Program-made: the position numbers and the translations under genes
Notes under the pieces: generated by a model
Database searches by the model: none
Told to the model about the DNA's origin: nothing
What the model saw: the letters and a program-made list of their open reading frames with translations, nothing else
From: Shigella phage vB_SsoM_JK08
Sequence record: LR877332
Direction: 5' to 3' (one strand)
Length of the DNA stretch: 64,000 bases
Part shown: piece after piece, positions 18,902 to 27,653 of the stretch
How positions within the stretch are numbered: position 1 is the stretch's first letter
Layout: every line of letters begins with the position of its first letter

Positions 18902-19426
18902 TGCGAGTACCGTCTTTAACCGTTCTTCAAACTTCCGAAGAGTATTCTGGCGTTCAGCTCTTTGCTTTTTGTAAGTTTCAATACGCTCTGAAATGAGAGT
19001 GTATCGTTCATTTACTGATTCTTTCATAAAATCAGGAATTTCACGAGAAGCTTTAATCTCATCAAATTTATCAATAACAGCTTGCTCTTCAGCAATTAAG
19101 TTATCATACATCAAAATATCTTTCTTGATGAACTCAATATCTTCTTGAGTTACACGAGATAACTTAGATGCTTTATCCTTTTTGTACTGTTCGTTAGTAT
19201 CACGAGACCAGTGTAATGTACGATTTTTATTCGTATTCTTGTAAATTTCTACAATACCAATCTCATCAATAATAACGATCCAATTCCAACGGGATTTGTA
19301 AATTTGTCCTCCATCAACCGTGATTTCACCACCGATTGAGACATCATTAAAGAACTTGCTTTGAGCTTCAGATTTAAATTTACCATCATTGTAGTTTACC
19401 AAGTTGAAAATATCTTTAGCATTCAT
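18899..19426 (-). CDS. hypothetical protein
   Basis: 175-aa ORF. Confidence 0.55.
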   Translation of the reverse strand: MNAKDIFNLVNYNDGKFKSEAQSKFFNDVSIGGEITVDGGQIYKSRWNWIVIIDEIGIVEIYKNTNKNRTLHWSRDTNEQYKKDKASKLSRVTQEDIEFIKKDILMYDNLIAEEQAVIDKFDEIKASREIPDFMKESVNERYTLISERIETYKKQRAERQNTLRKFEERLKTVLA

Positions 19427-19453
19427 TTTTGTTCCTCCGTAGTTGATAGTTGT

Positions 19454-19482
19454 ATAGTACCACAGAGGAACAGTCTTGTAAA
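19454..19482 (-). promoter_or_regulatory. sigma70-type early promoter (-35 GTTTACA, -10 TGgTACTAT)
   Basis: RC of 19477-19482 = TTTACA, 17-nt spacer, RC of 19454-19459 = TACTAT. Confidence 0.5.
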
Positions 19483-19485
19483 CAA

Positions 19486-19800
19486 CTAAAAGAAACTTCT
19501 TTCACAATTTTTTCCACTGAACCACGCGCTCACTGCTTTCTTAGTCTCAGGAGCAGTGTTATCCATAAACCATTCAAAGGCAGCCTTTTTATGATTCTGG
19601 AGGGCTTCTCGGGCTTTAATCTGCTCACGGTCTATTAACACTAACATATGAGCCTTTCTTGTCACCAGGGGCTTCTTATGATTTTTTGAATACTCCCAAT
19701 CATTTGTCCATCGCATCGTTGTTGCGAATTGAAGTACAGCTTCCTTAATCTTAGTTTCGTAAATTTCACGAGCCTTTGAGTATAACATCATTACCTCCAT
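19486..19800 (-). CDS. hypothetical protein
   Basis: 104-aa ORF. Confidence 0.5.
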   Translation of the reverse strand: MEVMMLYSKAREIYETKIKEAVLQFATTMRWTNDWEYSKNHKKPLVTRKAHMLVLIDREQIKAREALQNHKKAAFEWFMDNTAPETKKAVSAWFSGKNCERSFF

Positions 19801-19891
19801 TTACCAGTTTAATTCTAGTCATCTTTTTGATGGCAGTCCCATATAATCTATTTCTGAACTGCCTTTTTGTCTTAGAAGGCCTCTTATGAAT

Positions 19892-20872
19892 TTATTTCAG
19901 AAGAGTAACCGTAGCGATTTCTTCCCAACCGTTTTTGTCGGTCATAATGAAGTCAGCAAGATAAAGAGCAGTACGCAGTGAAACATTACGTAAACGGTTA
20001 ACATTGACTTTCATCCATGATAATGCTTTATAAGTTTCTTCATCAGAAAGACCGCGCTTTTGCATCATGTCGGTTGAAAGAATAACATCTTCAACCCTGA
20101 CCATAATTTCTTCATTAGTGTGAACACCCAAATCTAAATAAACTGAGCGGGACACTAATGCTTGTAAATGTGGAGCAAGTTTAGTACCACGGTCTAATTC
20201 GCGGTCAATATCAACGTTTGTGATAAAAACAATCGTTCCTTTAAATTCAAACTCACGCTCAATGCCTTTTTCTTCTAAGTAAGAAGATGCAGTGCTCCAG
20301 CAGACTTTACGGGTCTCTCCAGTGTCCAGAGCAGCTTTCAGAAGATTAAGAATGTCCATATCAGAGAAAACATCCACATCATCAATCAAAAGGACAGAAT
20401 TCTCTTCACGATTATTCCAGAGCTGCTCATAAAGACCGATACCTGAGATTTTACCATTAATGCTTTTATACTCAATGTATCCAATATCATTTGCTTTATT
20501 TAAAGCTTTATCTAAAGAATACGTTTTACCAATACCCGCCGCACCAGAGATAATTAATGAACGAATGTTTCCGTTAATAATACCATTCGTCATCATTCCC
20601 ATAACATTAAATCTTTTATTAATGCGGGTTTTCATATCTTCATATGATTCTTTAACTTCTTCAACTTTTACACCATCATATGAAATGTCTGATTTGTAAA
20701 CCCAAACACCGCGACGCTTACCGTCAATTTCAACAAAAACTTTACCATCTCCTTGTGCATCCACCGGAGCATTATCTGGGAACCATTCGCCTAAGAGCTC
20801 AAAAGTTCCAGAGATTTCTTTACCAAAGTAGATACCCTTATTGATAGTTACAGTTTTCATTTTATTCTCCAA
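19892..20872 (-). CDS. P-loop NTPase (AAA-like ATPase) with N-terminal extra domain
   Basis: 326-aa ORF; Walker A GAAGIGKT, Walker B VLLIDDVD, sensor-like FITN. Confidence 0.65.
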   Translation of the reverse strand: MENKMKTVTINKGIYFGKEISGTFELLGEWFPDNAPVDAQGDGKVFVEIDGKRRGVWVYKSDISYDGVKVEEVKESYEDMKTRINKRFNVMGMMTNGIINGNIRSLIISGAAGIGKTYSLDKALNKANDIGYIEYKSINGKISGIGLYEQLWNNREENSVLLIDDVDVFSDMDILNLLKAALDTGETRKVCWSTASSYLEEKGIEREFEFKGTIVFITNVDIDRELDRGTKLAPHLQALVSRSVYLDLGVHTNEEIMVRVEDVILSTDMMQKRGLSDEETYKALSWMKVNVNRLRNVSLRTALYLADFIMTDKNGWEEIATVTLLK

Positions 20873-20894
20873 ATCCGTATCAGTTGATAGTTGT

Positions 20895-20923
20895 ATAGTA
20901 CCATAAAGCTTTATGCTTGTAAA
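20895..20923 (-). promoter_or_regulatory. sigma70-type early promoter (-35 GTTTACA, -10 TGgTACTAT)
   Basis: RC of 20918-20923 = TTTACA, 17-nt spacer, RC of 20895-20900 = TACTAT; A-rich upstream element. Confidence 0.5.
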
Positions 20924-20945
20924 CCGTTTTGTGAAAAATTTTTGA

Positions 20946-20972
20946 AATAAAAAAGGGAGCCCGAAGGCTCCC
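20946..20972 (-). terminator. intrinsic terminator (UUCG hairpin + U-run)
   Basis: gggagcc-cgaa-ggctccc at 20955-20972 with A-run 20948-20954 on plus. Confidence 0.6.
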
Positions 20973-20974
20973 TA

Positions 20975-21988
20975 TCATTTATAATAACTTCGGTGGTTTT
21001 CAAGATAGACCTTCTCAAGGAAGTCATCCCAGAAACCCATGTCTACTTTTTGCTGCATACCGTTCTTAGAAGCTTCAGTAGATGCTGCTTCTACTTGATC
21101 GACCACATCTTCCAAAAACTCTTGAACGGTTTTAAATGGATGTTTACCCAACTTCACGTCGAGAATAAATGGAGCGTCTTGAAGTGGATAGACTAAGTCG
21201 CCAGTTTTGTAAATTTCCAATAGTTGGAGTCCACCACGGCAAGCATGACTCAAAGCTTTCCAGTCAATACCTTCATTGGCTTCGGCCTTACGAGCACGTT
21301 CACCGTATTCAGCATCTAATTTATTCAGTGACTGCTTAAGCTCAATAAGAGAAAGCGTTGTCTGATATTTACGACCCAACACTGTGTAGAACGTTTGTGG
21401 GCCTGTTTTCTCATGATTATGGAACACCCATTCACAGAATTCGTTTTCTGGAAGACGATGCTTAATATCTTCAACTTTAGTACGACGCTGCTTAATGGAA
21501 CCGTCTTCTTGGTAATCAACCCATTGCTCAGGGATTTGATTAACTACTTTCAATACATCACGCAATGCGGCCAAACGAGAACCCTTAACACCATATTTAG
21601 AAGCTTGCTTGCGGACATATCCTAAATAGGATTTCATGTTAGTCGTATAAAAACGAGAACGATTGTCTTGAATAAACTTCCATACATCAGGCAAATCTGA
21701 TTTAACCACTAGCTCAGGTGGAGTGTGAAGCATATCCAACGCTACAGTTTCACCATCTGCTGCTAATTTAAAGAAATATTTAAGACTGTATAGTTCATGG
21801 TCAATATCATCTTTAGTGTTTTTAGATGATGTGTTGTTAGTGTTTTTACTCATGTGCTCTTTGACATTTCCGATAAGAATATCGCGAGCAGGAGGAACAA
21901 AGATTTCTTTAAAATCGACATCAGATTCTGGTGTAGAAGTTCCATAAAGATGACTACCAAAATAACTTTTCATTACTGTTTTCATCAT
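20975..21988 (-). CDS. nucleotidyltransferase-fold protein (Pol-beta/minimal NTase superfamily motif)
   Basis: 337-aa ORF; N-terminal FGSHLYGTSTPESDVDF fits hG[GS]-x(9-13)-DhD; downstream VALDMLH candidate third acidic residue. Confidence 0.55.
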   Translation of the reverse strand: MMKTVMKSYFGSHLYGTSTPESDVDFKEIFVPPARDILIGNVKEHMSKNTNNTSSKNTKDDIDHELYSLKYFFKLAADGETVALDMLHTPPELVVKSDLPDVWKFIQDNRSRFYTTNMKSYLGYVRKQASKYGVKGSRLAALRDVLKVVNQIPEQWVDYQEDGSIKQRRTKVEDIKHRLPENEFCEWVFHNHEKTGPQTFYTVLGRKYQTTLSLIELKQSLNKLDAEYGERARKAEANEGIDWKALSHACRGGLQLLEIYKTGDLVYPLQDAPFILDVKLGKHPFKTVQEFLEDVVDQVEAASTEASKNGMQQKVDMGFWDDFLEKVYLENHRSYYK

Positions 21989-22446
21989 TCAGCCTTATAT
22001 TCAATAACAGGACACACTTTAGCTTTACGAGCTTTTAAAAATTCGACGATAATAGATTTCTTGGGTTGAATAGGAGGTAAACCTTTATACGCCCTATCAA
22101 TATTTTCTACATGTAAAGCATAATCCTTTTTCCATTTATAATCTTTATATTTTTCATGCAGTTGTGCAGGAATAACAAATGAACCAATAATAAGTAAAAT
22201 AAGCAAAATGGCAAGTATAAATGCTGATGGAATAAGAGTCCATAAACTACCAAAAATAAGCCATTTCTGTATGATTTCTGCACAGATAATAGTTAGACCT
22301 GCGAGTATAGTACATCCGAAAAAAGAAACGAAAAATGTAGGGATAACAATAGACCAAAAGTATGCACACAGTGTCTTAGGTCGTTTCCATTCGTCGTTAA
22401 ACAGTTTGAATAATTTATAGTGCCAAGAGTTTTCATTAATAATCAT
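21985..22446 (-). CDS. membrane protein (multi-pass)
   Basis: 153-aa ORF with 3-4 hydrophobic helices. Confidence 0.55.
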   Translation of the reverse strand: MIINENSWHYKLFKLFNDEWKRPKTLCAYFWSIVIPTFFVSFFGCTILAGLTIICAEIIQKWLIFGSLWTLIPSAFILAILLILLIIGSFVIPAQLHEKYKDYKWKKDYALHVENIDRAYKGLPPIQPKKSIIVEFLKARKAKVCPVIEYKAE

Positions 22447-22448
22447 AA

Positions 22449-22970
22449 TTATCCTTTCATTGAAGGTGTAACAGTTGTTAAATACTTAATCATAGCTTCA
22501 GCTTCTGATTTTGATAGTGAAATTTCTCCATTGTTTTGACGAATAGAAATAAAATCCGGATGACGGTCACCACCAGCTTTTAAAACACACATATAAGTAT
22601 CAGTTTCATCTTCAATATTTGAAATGATTGAAGCAGTTCCACATGAATGCGGTTTTTGATAAATCAATACAGCTTTTCTTCCGCCATTTGACTGTTCATA
22701 AACTTTTAATACATCAAACAAATCACTTCTTTTATCAATAGCTAAAATGTTATTTTCATCTTCAATGTTAAATCCTTCGGATACTTCATAAAGTGTCACC
22801 CATAAATCGCCAATATCAATAACAGCGTTCACTTTTCCATGACTTTCAAGAGCATGACAAATTTTCTTGATTTCGTCATAACTCATTTTAATAATATCAT
22901 CTCCTTGAATAAGAAAGATGTCATTTTTAAATTCAACACGAATTAAACCACTTCCACTTGAAATAAACAT
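22449..22970 (-). CDS. hypothetical protein, paralog of 22977..23534
   Basis: 173-aa ORF; C-terminus SKSEAEAMIKYLTTVTPSM resembles neighbour's TKDEAIALKTYLDSVIPTM. Confidence 0.55.
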   Translation of the reverse strand: MFISSGSGLIRVEFKNDIFLIQGDDIIKMSYDEIKKICHALESHGKVNAVIDIGDLWVTLYEVSEGFNIEDENNILAIDKRSDLFDVLKVYEQSNGGRKAVLIYQKPHSCGTASIISNIEDETDTYMCVLKAGGDRHPDFISIRQNNGEISLSKSEAEAMIKYLTTVTPSMKG

Positions 22971-22976
22971 ATTTCC

Positions 22977-23534
22977 TCACTTTGAAATCATAGTTGGAAT
23001 GACAGAATCAAGATAAGTCTTTAGTGCAATAGCTTCGTCTTTGGTAAATGTGACAATATGTGATCGAAAATCGTCGATTTGGCGAATAGTTAAGACATCT
23101 CCCTCTTCATAACATTTTGATACATTTAAAAGAGTTTCATCATTCTGATTGCAAGCGTTAGTAATAATAGCATTGCAATTTTTGAGCCATTTTAAACTAT
23201 GTTTTCTTTCATTAGAATAATAAAAATATTTAATCTTAGCTATAAAACTATCCCAATGGATAACTGATAAACACATTGACTCACTTTTAATATTAAATCC
23301 TGGGCATGAAGAATAAAAATGAATTTTGTGCTCATCATTGATACTTACTATTTTATCAGTATAAGGATATTCAATTTGGGTTAAATGAATGATTTCACTA
23401 GGCGTAAAATATAGCATATCGTCTTCTTGCGTCAAACGATACATGTTATTTACTTTTTCTATAGCCAATTCACCAAAAAGCGGACTAACTTCTAATACTA
23501 ATCGTTTCATATTGATTCTCTTCGACTCACTCAC
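22977..23534 (-). CDS. hypothetical protein, paralog of 22449..22970
   Basis: 185-aa ORF. Confidence 0.55.
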   Translation of the reverse strand: MSESKRINMKRLVLEVSPLFGELAIEKVNNMYRLTQEDDMLYFTPSEIIHLTQIEYPYTDKIVSINDEHKIHFYSSCPGFNIKSESMCLSVIHWDSFIAKIKYFYYSNERKHSLKWLKNCNAIITNACNQNDETLLNVSKCYEEGDVLTIRQIDDFRSHIVTFTKDEAIALKTYLDSVIPTMISK

Positions 23535-23669
23535 AATTACATACTCCTTTGAATAATATCAATAATGTTGTTCACCAGATTATAAGTAAACATTGGATAA
23601 TTATATTGAATCATCACATACACAACAAACAAAACTTTCATTCTCTTCTCCTTGACAGTTGACAAGATT

Positions 23670-23698
23670 ACTATACCATAACCTTGCCAACTTGTAAA
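23670..23698 (-). promoter_or_regulatory. sigma70-type early promoter (-35 GTTTACA, -10 TGgTATAGT)
   Basis: RC of 23693-23698 = TTTACA, 17-nt spacer, RC of 23670-23675 = TATAGT. Confidence 0.45.
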
Positions 23699-23701
23699 CC
23701 G

Positions 23702-23875
23702 TTAAATGTTGTTTTCAATAAAATTATGAAGCTTTGTGTGAGCATCAACCATGATTTTCATTTCTTCCTTTGCGAAAGCTGTACCTCTTTCCCTAGCAGA
23801 ATACTCATAGTCAGAAACTGCATTAGCATATTCTTCAATTAGCTTCATTAAAAACATCTGCTTTTCAGTTTTCAT
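23702..23875 (-). CDS. small hypothetical protein (57 aa)
   Basis: ATG at 23875 with AGGTGG RBS; below the ORF-track size cutoff. Confidence 0.4.
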   Translation of the reverse strand: MKTEKQMFLMKLIEEYANAVSDYEYSARERGTAFAKEEMKIMVDAHTKLHNFIENNI

Positions 23876-24059
23876 TATTCCACCTAATCATTTCAAGATA
23901 TTGAACTAACTTAGCTTTGGATTTATCCAAATCCTTTTTAGCTGCTTCTATACCATCGTATGAGTATCCTTCACAATGCTCAACTGCTAATTGATATGAA
24001 TCTATTTCAACATCACGTGCTAATTTAATAATTTTTTCAAACTGTTCACGTGTTAGCAT
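23865..24059 (-). CDS. hypothetical protein
   Basis: 64-aa ORF. Confidence 0.45.
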   Translation of the reverse strand: MLTREQFEKIIKLARDVEIDSYQLAVEHCEGYSYDGIEAAKKDLDKSKAKLVQYLEMIRWNNEN

Positions 24060-24061
24060 AC

Positions 24062-24265
24062 TTAAACTCTCGTATTATGATCGATAATTTCATCAAGAAA
24101 CATATCTAAAGCTTCTACAGCATTATCAACTTTAGCTTCAAATTTTTCAATACCTTTATTTGCAATGCCTGCCGAAAACCAAGCAAAGTCACTAAGTTCC
24201 TCATCTGCTTTGCGAATTAAAGCTACCAATTCTTTAATTTTATCTGCTTGTTCAATTCTAGTCAT
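24062..24265 (-). CDS. hypothetical protein (start at internal ATG 24265)
   Basis: ORF-track 24062..24301; internal ATG overlaps the upstream stop. Confidence 0.4.
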   Translation of the reverse strand: MTRIEQADKIKELVALIRKADEELSDFAWFSAGIANKGIEKFEAKVDNAVEALDMFLDEIIDHNTRV

Positions 24266-24453
24266 TATTCCACCACATATGAAAGAGAGAATATTGCACA
24301 CGCCATATGAGTTGCAGCTTCATCACACATATCATAACGTTTCTTAAGAAGTTCTACAAGTTCTTCACTAGTAACTTCATCCATGTCGACGAAAAAATCA
24401 CCATTAATGATGACGTAGATATTTCCTTCTTGATTAAGTGCTTCAATTTTCAT
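24265..24453 (-). CDS. hypothetical protein (start refined to 24453)
   Basis: ORF-track 24265..24498; promoter -10 lies inside the longer ORF; ATG 24453 has a GAGGAG RBS. Confidence 0.45.
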   Translation of the reverse strand: MKIEALNQEGNIYVIINGDFFVDMDEVTSEELVELLKKRYDMCDEAATHMACAIFSLSYVVE

Positions 24454-24481
24454 GATGTTCTCCTCTTTATCCGATAGTTGT

Positions 24482-24511
24482 ATAGTATCACAGCTCAAAT
24501 GGAAAGTAAAC
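24482..24511 (-). promoter_or_regulatory. sigma70-type early promoter (-35 GTTTAC, -10 TGaTACTAT)
   Basis: RC of 24482-24487 = TACTAT; GTTTAC at RC of 24506-24511. Confidence 0.45.
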
Positions 24512-24520
24512 CGGTAAAAT

Positions 24521-24543
24521 GAAAAAAGTCTCCCGAAGGAGAC
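24521..24543 (-). terminator. intrinsic terminator (UUCG hairpin + U-run)
   Basis: gtctcc-cgaa-ggagac at 24528-24543 with A-run 24522-24527. Confidence 0.6.
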
Positions 24544-24548
24544 TAATG

Positions 24549-24935
24549 TTATTCGAGGGAAAGAAGATATTTACTCTGGTAAAACATCCCAGTAATATCA
24601 TCTATCGTGCTTTGAATGGCTGGAGGCATTTCTTTATAAATGCTGTTAGATTGGTCTAGTATGCGATCAATCATTTTAATTGTGTCAGTAGGAAGTTTAC
24701 TGGCATCTGGAATAGAAGGCGTGTATTTTCTACCAGAATACCCCAAATATTGCTCACCAAATTTATCAATCAAATCTGGCAACTCAGAGAAAATAAAATC
24801 GTATGCTTTGTGTCTAGCATAACTTTTAGTTTCAAAATGCGCAGAATGAAAATAAGCTTGTGCAGCCATTAATAAACCTAAGTATTCATCTGCCTTTGAA
24901 GGTTTTCCACTTTGTGAAAAGTCGCTGAATTTCAT
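24549..24935 (-). CDS. hypothetical protein
   Basis: 128-aa ORF downstream of rI. Confidence 0.5.
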   Translation of the reverse strand: MKFSDFSQSGKPSKADEYLGLLMAAQAYFHSAHFETKSYARHKAYDFIFSELPDLIDKFGEQYLGYSGRKYTPSIPDASKLPTDTIKMIDRILDQSNSIYKEMPPAIQSTIDDITGMFYQSKYLLSLE

Positions 24936-25225
24936 TCAGTCTCCAATTTAATGTTCATAATTCTAGCGTATGATTGTGCCATCTCCGCGCCTCGCTCTAT
25001 ACATTCAAAATCAGAAGAGCACGGGTCATTTTTATAGGTCGTTCGCATAAAACTATAGAACTGTTCAGATGATTCTACGCTTTTATTTTCAAAAAGCATA
25101 TAAACGTGTCTAATACCAGATTCCATAAATTTATCAAAATGAGGATCGACATTCGCTTCAATTGGTGGAGATAAAGCAAACGCTAATCCTAGCATGGCAA
25201 ATAGTGCCGTTGCTTTTAAGGCCAT
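24932..25225 (-). CDS. rI: lysis inhibition regulator RI (antiholin), signal-anchor protein
   Basis: 97-aa ORF; N-terminal hydrophobic signal-anchor MALKATALFAMLGLAFALSP; matches recalled T4 RI. Confidence 0.75.
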   Translation of the reverse strand: MALKATALFAMLGLAFALSPPIEANVDPHFDKFMESGIRHVYMLFENKSVESSEQFYSFMRTTYKNDPCSSDFECIERGAEMAQSYARIMNIKLETE

Positions 25226-25237
25226 AAAGGCCTCCTA

Positions 25238-25450
25238 TCATTTTTGTCCTGTATTTACTTTATGCCGATGCACGGCCTTAACTTTATCAAGGTATTTTTC
25301 AAAATTTCGCAATCTAGTATAGTCTGCCGGAGATTGGTTGAGTGATACTTCTCGACGCAAAGCTGAAATGATATTTCCAACTTCCCTACGAATTTCATCT
25401 AATTGAAGCACAGTAAGATTGCGAAGTTGCTTTTCAGTTAATTGTAGCAT
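25238..25450 (-). CDS. hypothetical protein
   Basis: 70-aa ORF. Confidence 0.45.
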
Positions 25451-25492
25451 ATATACCCCTTTAGTTAGATAAACCTATTTATAACTTTTGCA

Positions 25493-26074
25493 CTAACCGA
25501 GCTTTTTAGTTAATTCATTCCAATGTTTTCTACACAAAGAAACATAAATTTCATCACCAATACAGATTTGATTACCTTCTTTAACTGGTGTTCCATCTTC
25601 CGTTAATCGAGCTGTCATAATCGCTTTTTTACCGCAATGACAAACCGCCTTTAGTTCAATAAGTTTATCTGCAATCGCTAAAAGTTCTTTAGAACCTTCA
25701 AACAATTTTCCAGCGAAATCAGTCCTTAATCCATAAGCCATAACAGGAACATTATATGTATCAACAATTCGACTTAATTGATGCACCTGTTCAGTTTTTA
25801 AAAACTGAGCTTCATCTACAAATACGCAATGAATATCTTTTTGTGCTTCAGCCCATTTATAGAACTCGAAAATATCCATATCATCTGTAATAATATTTGC
25901 TTCCTGCCTAATTCCAATGCGAGAAACGACTTCACAGACAGAATCGCGAGTATCAATAGCAGGCTTAAGAACTAATACACTCATTCCACGTTCTTTATAA
26001 TTATGTGCAGCAGTCAAAAGAGAAGCAGATTTTCCAGCATTCATTGCTGCATAAGTAAAAATTAAACTCGCCAT
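25493..26074 (-). CDS. tk: thymidine kinase
   Basis: 193-aa ORF; P-loop AMNAGKS, Zn-binding CHCG...C-terminal Cys; matches T4 Tk length. Confidence 0.92.
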   Translation of the reverse strand: MASLIFTYAAMNAGKSASLLTAAHNYKERGMSVLVLKPAIDTRDSVCEVVSRIGIRQEANIITDDMDIFEFYKWAEAQKDIHCVFVDEAQFLKTEQVHQLSRIVDTYNVPVMAYGLRTDFAGKLFEGSKELLAIADKLIELKAVCHCGKKAIMTARLTEDGTPVKEGNQICIGDEIYVSLCRKHWNELTKKLG

Positions 26075-26083
26075 ATCACCTTC

Positions 26084-26269
26084 TTAAAGCGTATTCACAT
26101 AAGCTATTAATTCATTTTCTTTCTTATCAAACCGATCAGCAAATTCTTCCTGCTGTTCGGGAGATAACGGGCCGTATTCATCATAAAAGGTGTTTGCTTC
26201 TGTATGCTCATCTAGAAGTTCATGGATAAGCTCAAATAATTTATCTTTTTGTTCTTTACTCAGACTCAT
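26084..26269 (-). CDS. hypothetical acidic protein
   Basis: 61-aa ORF; ATGA overlap with upstream small ORF. Confidence 0.45.
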   Translation of the reverse strand: MSLSKEQKDKLFELIHELLDEHTEANTFYDEYGPLSPEQQEEFADRFDKKENELIAYVNTL

Positions 26270-26439
26270 ATATTAATTTCCAAAAGTTTTAAAATAATTC
26301 GCTTTTGCTTAAATATTTCCACAGTTAAATGATCAGTATCTTTTTGACCAATTCCAATGGCAAAACCTTTATTAACAGCGAGTTCAATTAAATTATCAAG
26401 TTCACGTAACACTTCATATTGTAACTCAGAACTATTCAT
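26266..26439 (-). CDS. small hypothetical protein (57 aa)
   Basis: ATG at 26439, TGA at 26266-26268 overlapping next start; below ORF-track cutoff. Confidence 0.4.
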   Translation of the reverse strand: MNSSELQYEVLRELDNLIELAVNKGFAIGIGQKDTDHLTVEIFKQKRIILKLLEINI

Positions 26440-26648
26440 TTCGGTTTACCTTCTTTAACGAAATCTGGATAAGGATAAAATCCCGAATAAAACCCTTCAC
26501 CTTTATGATTGATGCATCCTTTATTAGAACAATAGCACCAATAATCGAAATCACAAACCATTTCATCGTTGCATAAAGCAAAAACAACCGGCCACTTACA
26601 CTTTTCACAATGGGCATTTTTAAGAATACTAGTTTGGCTCATAACCAT
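26436..26648 (-). CDS. Cys-rich small protein (putative zinc-binding)
   Basis: 70-aa ORF with 9 Cys (CEKC, CNDEMVC, CYC, C..H). Confidence 0.5.
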   Translation of the reverse strand: MVMSQTSILKNAHCEKCKWPVVFALCNDEMVCDFDYWCYCSNKGCINHKGEGFYSGFYPYPDFVKEGKPK

Positions 26649-26866
26649 GTAACCTTTAAGCAGTATTCTTCTACATGCTGTTTACGACCTTTCTTATCAA
26701 TAAAGGTATATTCAACGAATGTTCCAATGTAGTCTTTATCTACATCATGCGGACTATTAATTGGACATTTAGTACGGCAAATGCGTTCCCATTGACGAAT
26801 AATTACTGCCTTATTCTTTGGGTCATATGGATGTGGATAATGTATATTCATAATAACGGTTCCCAA
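26639..26866 (-). CDS. hypothetical protein
   Basis: 75-aa ORF. Confidence 0.45.
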   Translation of the reverse strand: MGTVIMNIHYPHPYDPKNKAVIIRQWERICRTKCPINSPHDVDKDYIGTFVEYTFIDKKGRKQHVEEYCLKVTWL

Positions 26867-27315
26867 TCAACAATCACAATTTCTAATTTAGAGGAATATG
26901 TATCTAAAATCCCCTCAATAATATCCCAGTTCCCTTTACCTATGCCTGCACCAATCCTAGGCATATAGATTGTAGGTTTAATCAGTTTATTTTCACCAAA
27001 CTCATTTAATTCTAACATACAATTCATTAAAGCGGAATACTCAAAATTTGGCCCTGGTTGAAATTGAGTATAAAGGTTGAAGCAATACGCTTTATGAGTC
27101 CTAAAGTATTTTTCATAGACTGAGTAAGAACCGAGTTTAGTTACATCACCCCATTCAGTCTGTAATTTATCAGCTTCCAAAATTTTAGGGAAAGCTTTGG
27201 TTAATTGACCCGCTACGCCTGAACCCATAGTATGAAAACAATTGCATCCATGCGCAATATTTTTACCTTCAGCGAAAAGGGCGACAATATCGCCCTTGAT
27301 ATATTTTACAATCAT
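26848..27315 (-). CDS. macro-domain-like protein (putative ADP-ribose binding/hydrolase)
   Basis: 155-aa ORF; GDI...AHGCNCFHTMGSGVAGQL and IYMPRIGAGIGKG resemble macro-domain ligand-binding loops. Confidence 0.5.
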   Translation of the reverse strand: MIVKYIKGDIVALFAEGKNIAHGCNCFHTMGSGVAGQLTKAFPKILEADKLQTEWGDVTKLGSYSVYEKYFRTHKAYCFNLYTQFQPGPNFEYSALMNCMLELNEFGENKLIKPTIYMPRIGAGIGKGNWDIIEGILDTYSSKLEIVIVDWEPLL

Positions 27316-27653
27316 CTAGTACTCAATCCTCGATTATAAGAATCTACCAAACGGTCAACCATTGAATGACAAGCGGCTTTATCTTTCTCCTCCGCAACTG
27401 AACATTCTAAGGTATTCCACTTTTTAGCATATCGTTTTAATAATGTATCGTTTTTGTATCTGCTTGATTTATCTCTTTCTCCGTCTTTATATGCATATAT
27501 TAATTTCTGCGCAAATTCAGCTTGGCATGCTTTATTTTTCCCACAATAATCTGCCGCAGTGCGATTTACATATTCTCTAATTTCAGTATATGATGTATCT
27601 GCTAACGCAGAAAATGAAATTAATCCTATACATAAAACCAAAATTTTAGTCAT
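27312..27653 (-). CDS. secreted/periplasmic hypothetical protein
   Basis: 113-aa ORF with N-terminal signal peptide MTKILVLCIGLISFSALA. Confidence 0.5.
   Translation of the reverse strand: MTKILVLCIGLISFSALADTSYTEIREYVNRTAADYCGKNKACQAEFAQKLIYAYKDGERDKSSRYKNDTLLKRYAKKWNTLECSVAEEKDKAACHSMVDRLVDSYNRGLSTR

Noticed and set aside
16223-21625. Nested minus- and plus-strand ORFs inside paralog member B and the NTase-fold gene (16223..16414, 21325..21519, 21395..21625, 20993..21196)
   Set aside because: Internal alternative-frame ORFs without start signals; the enclosing ORFs have better support.
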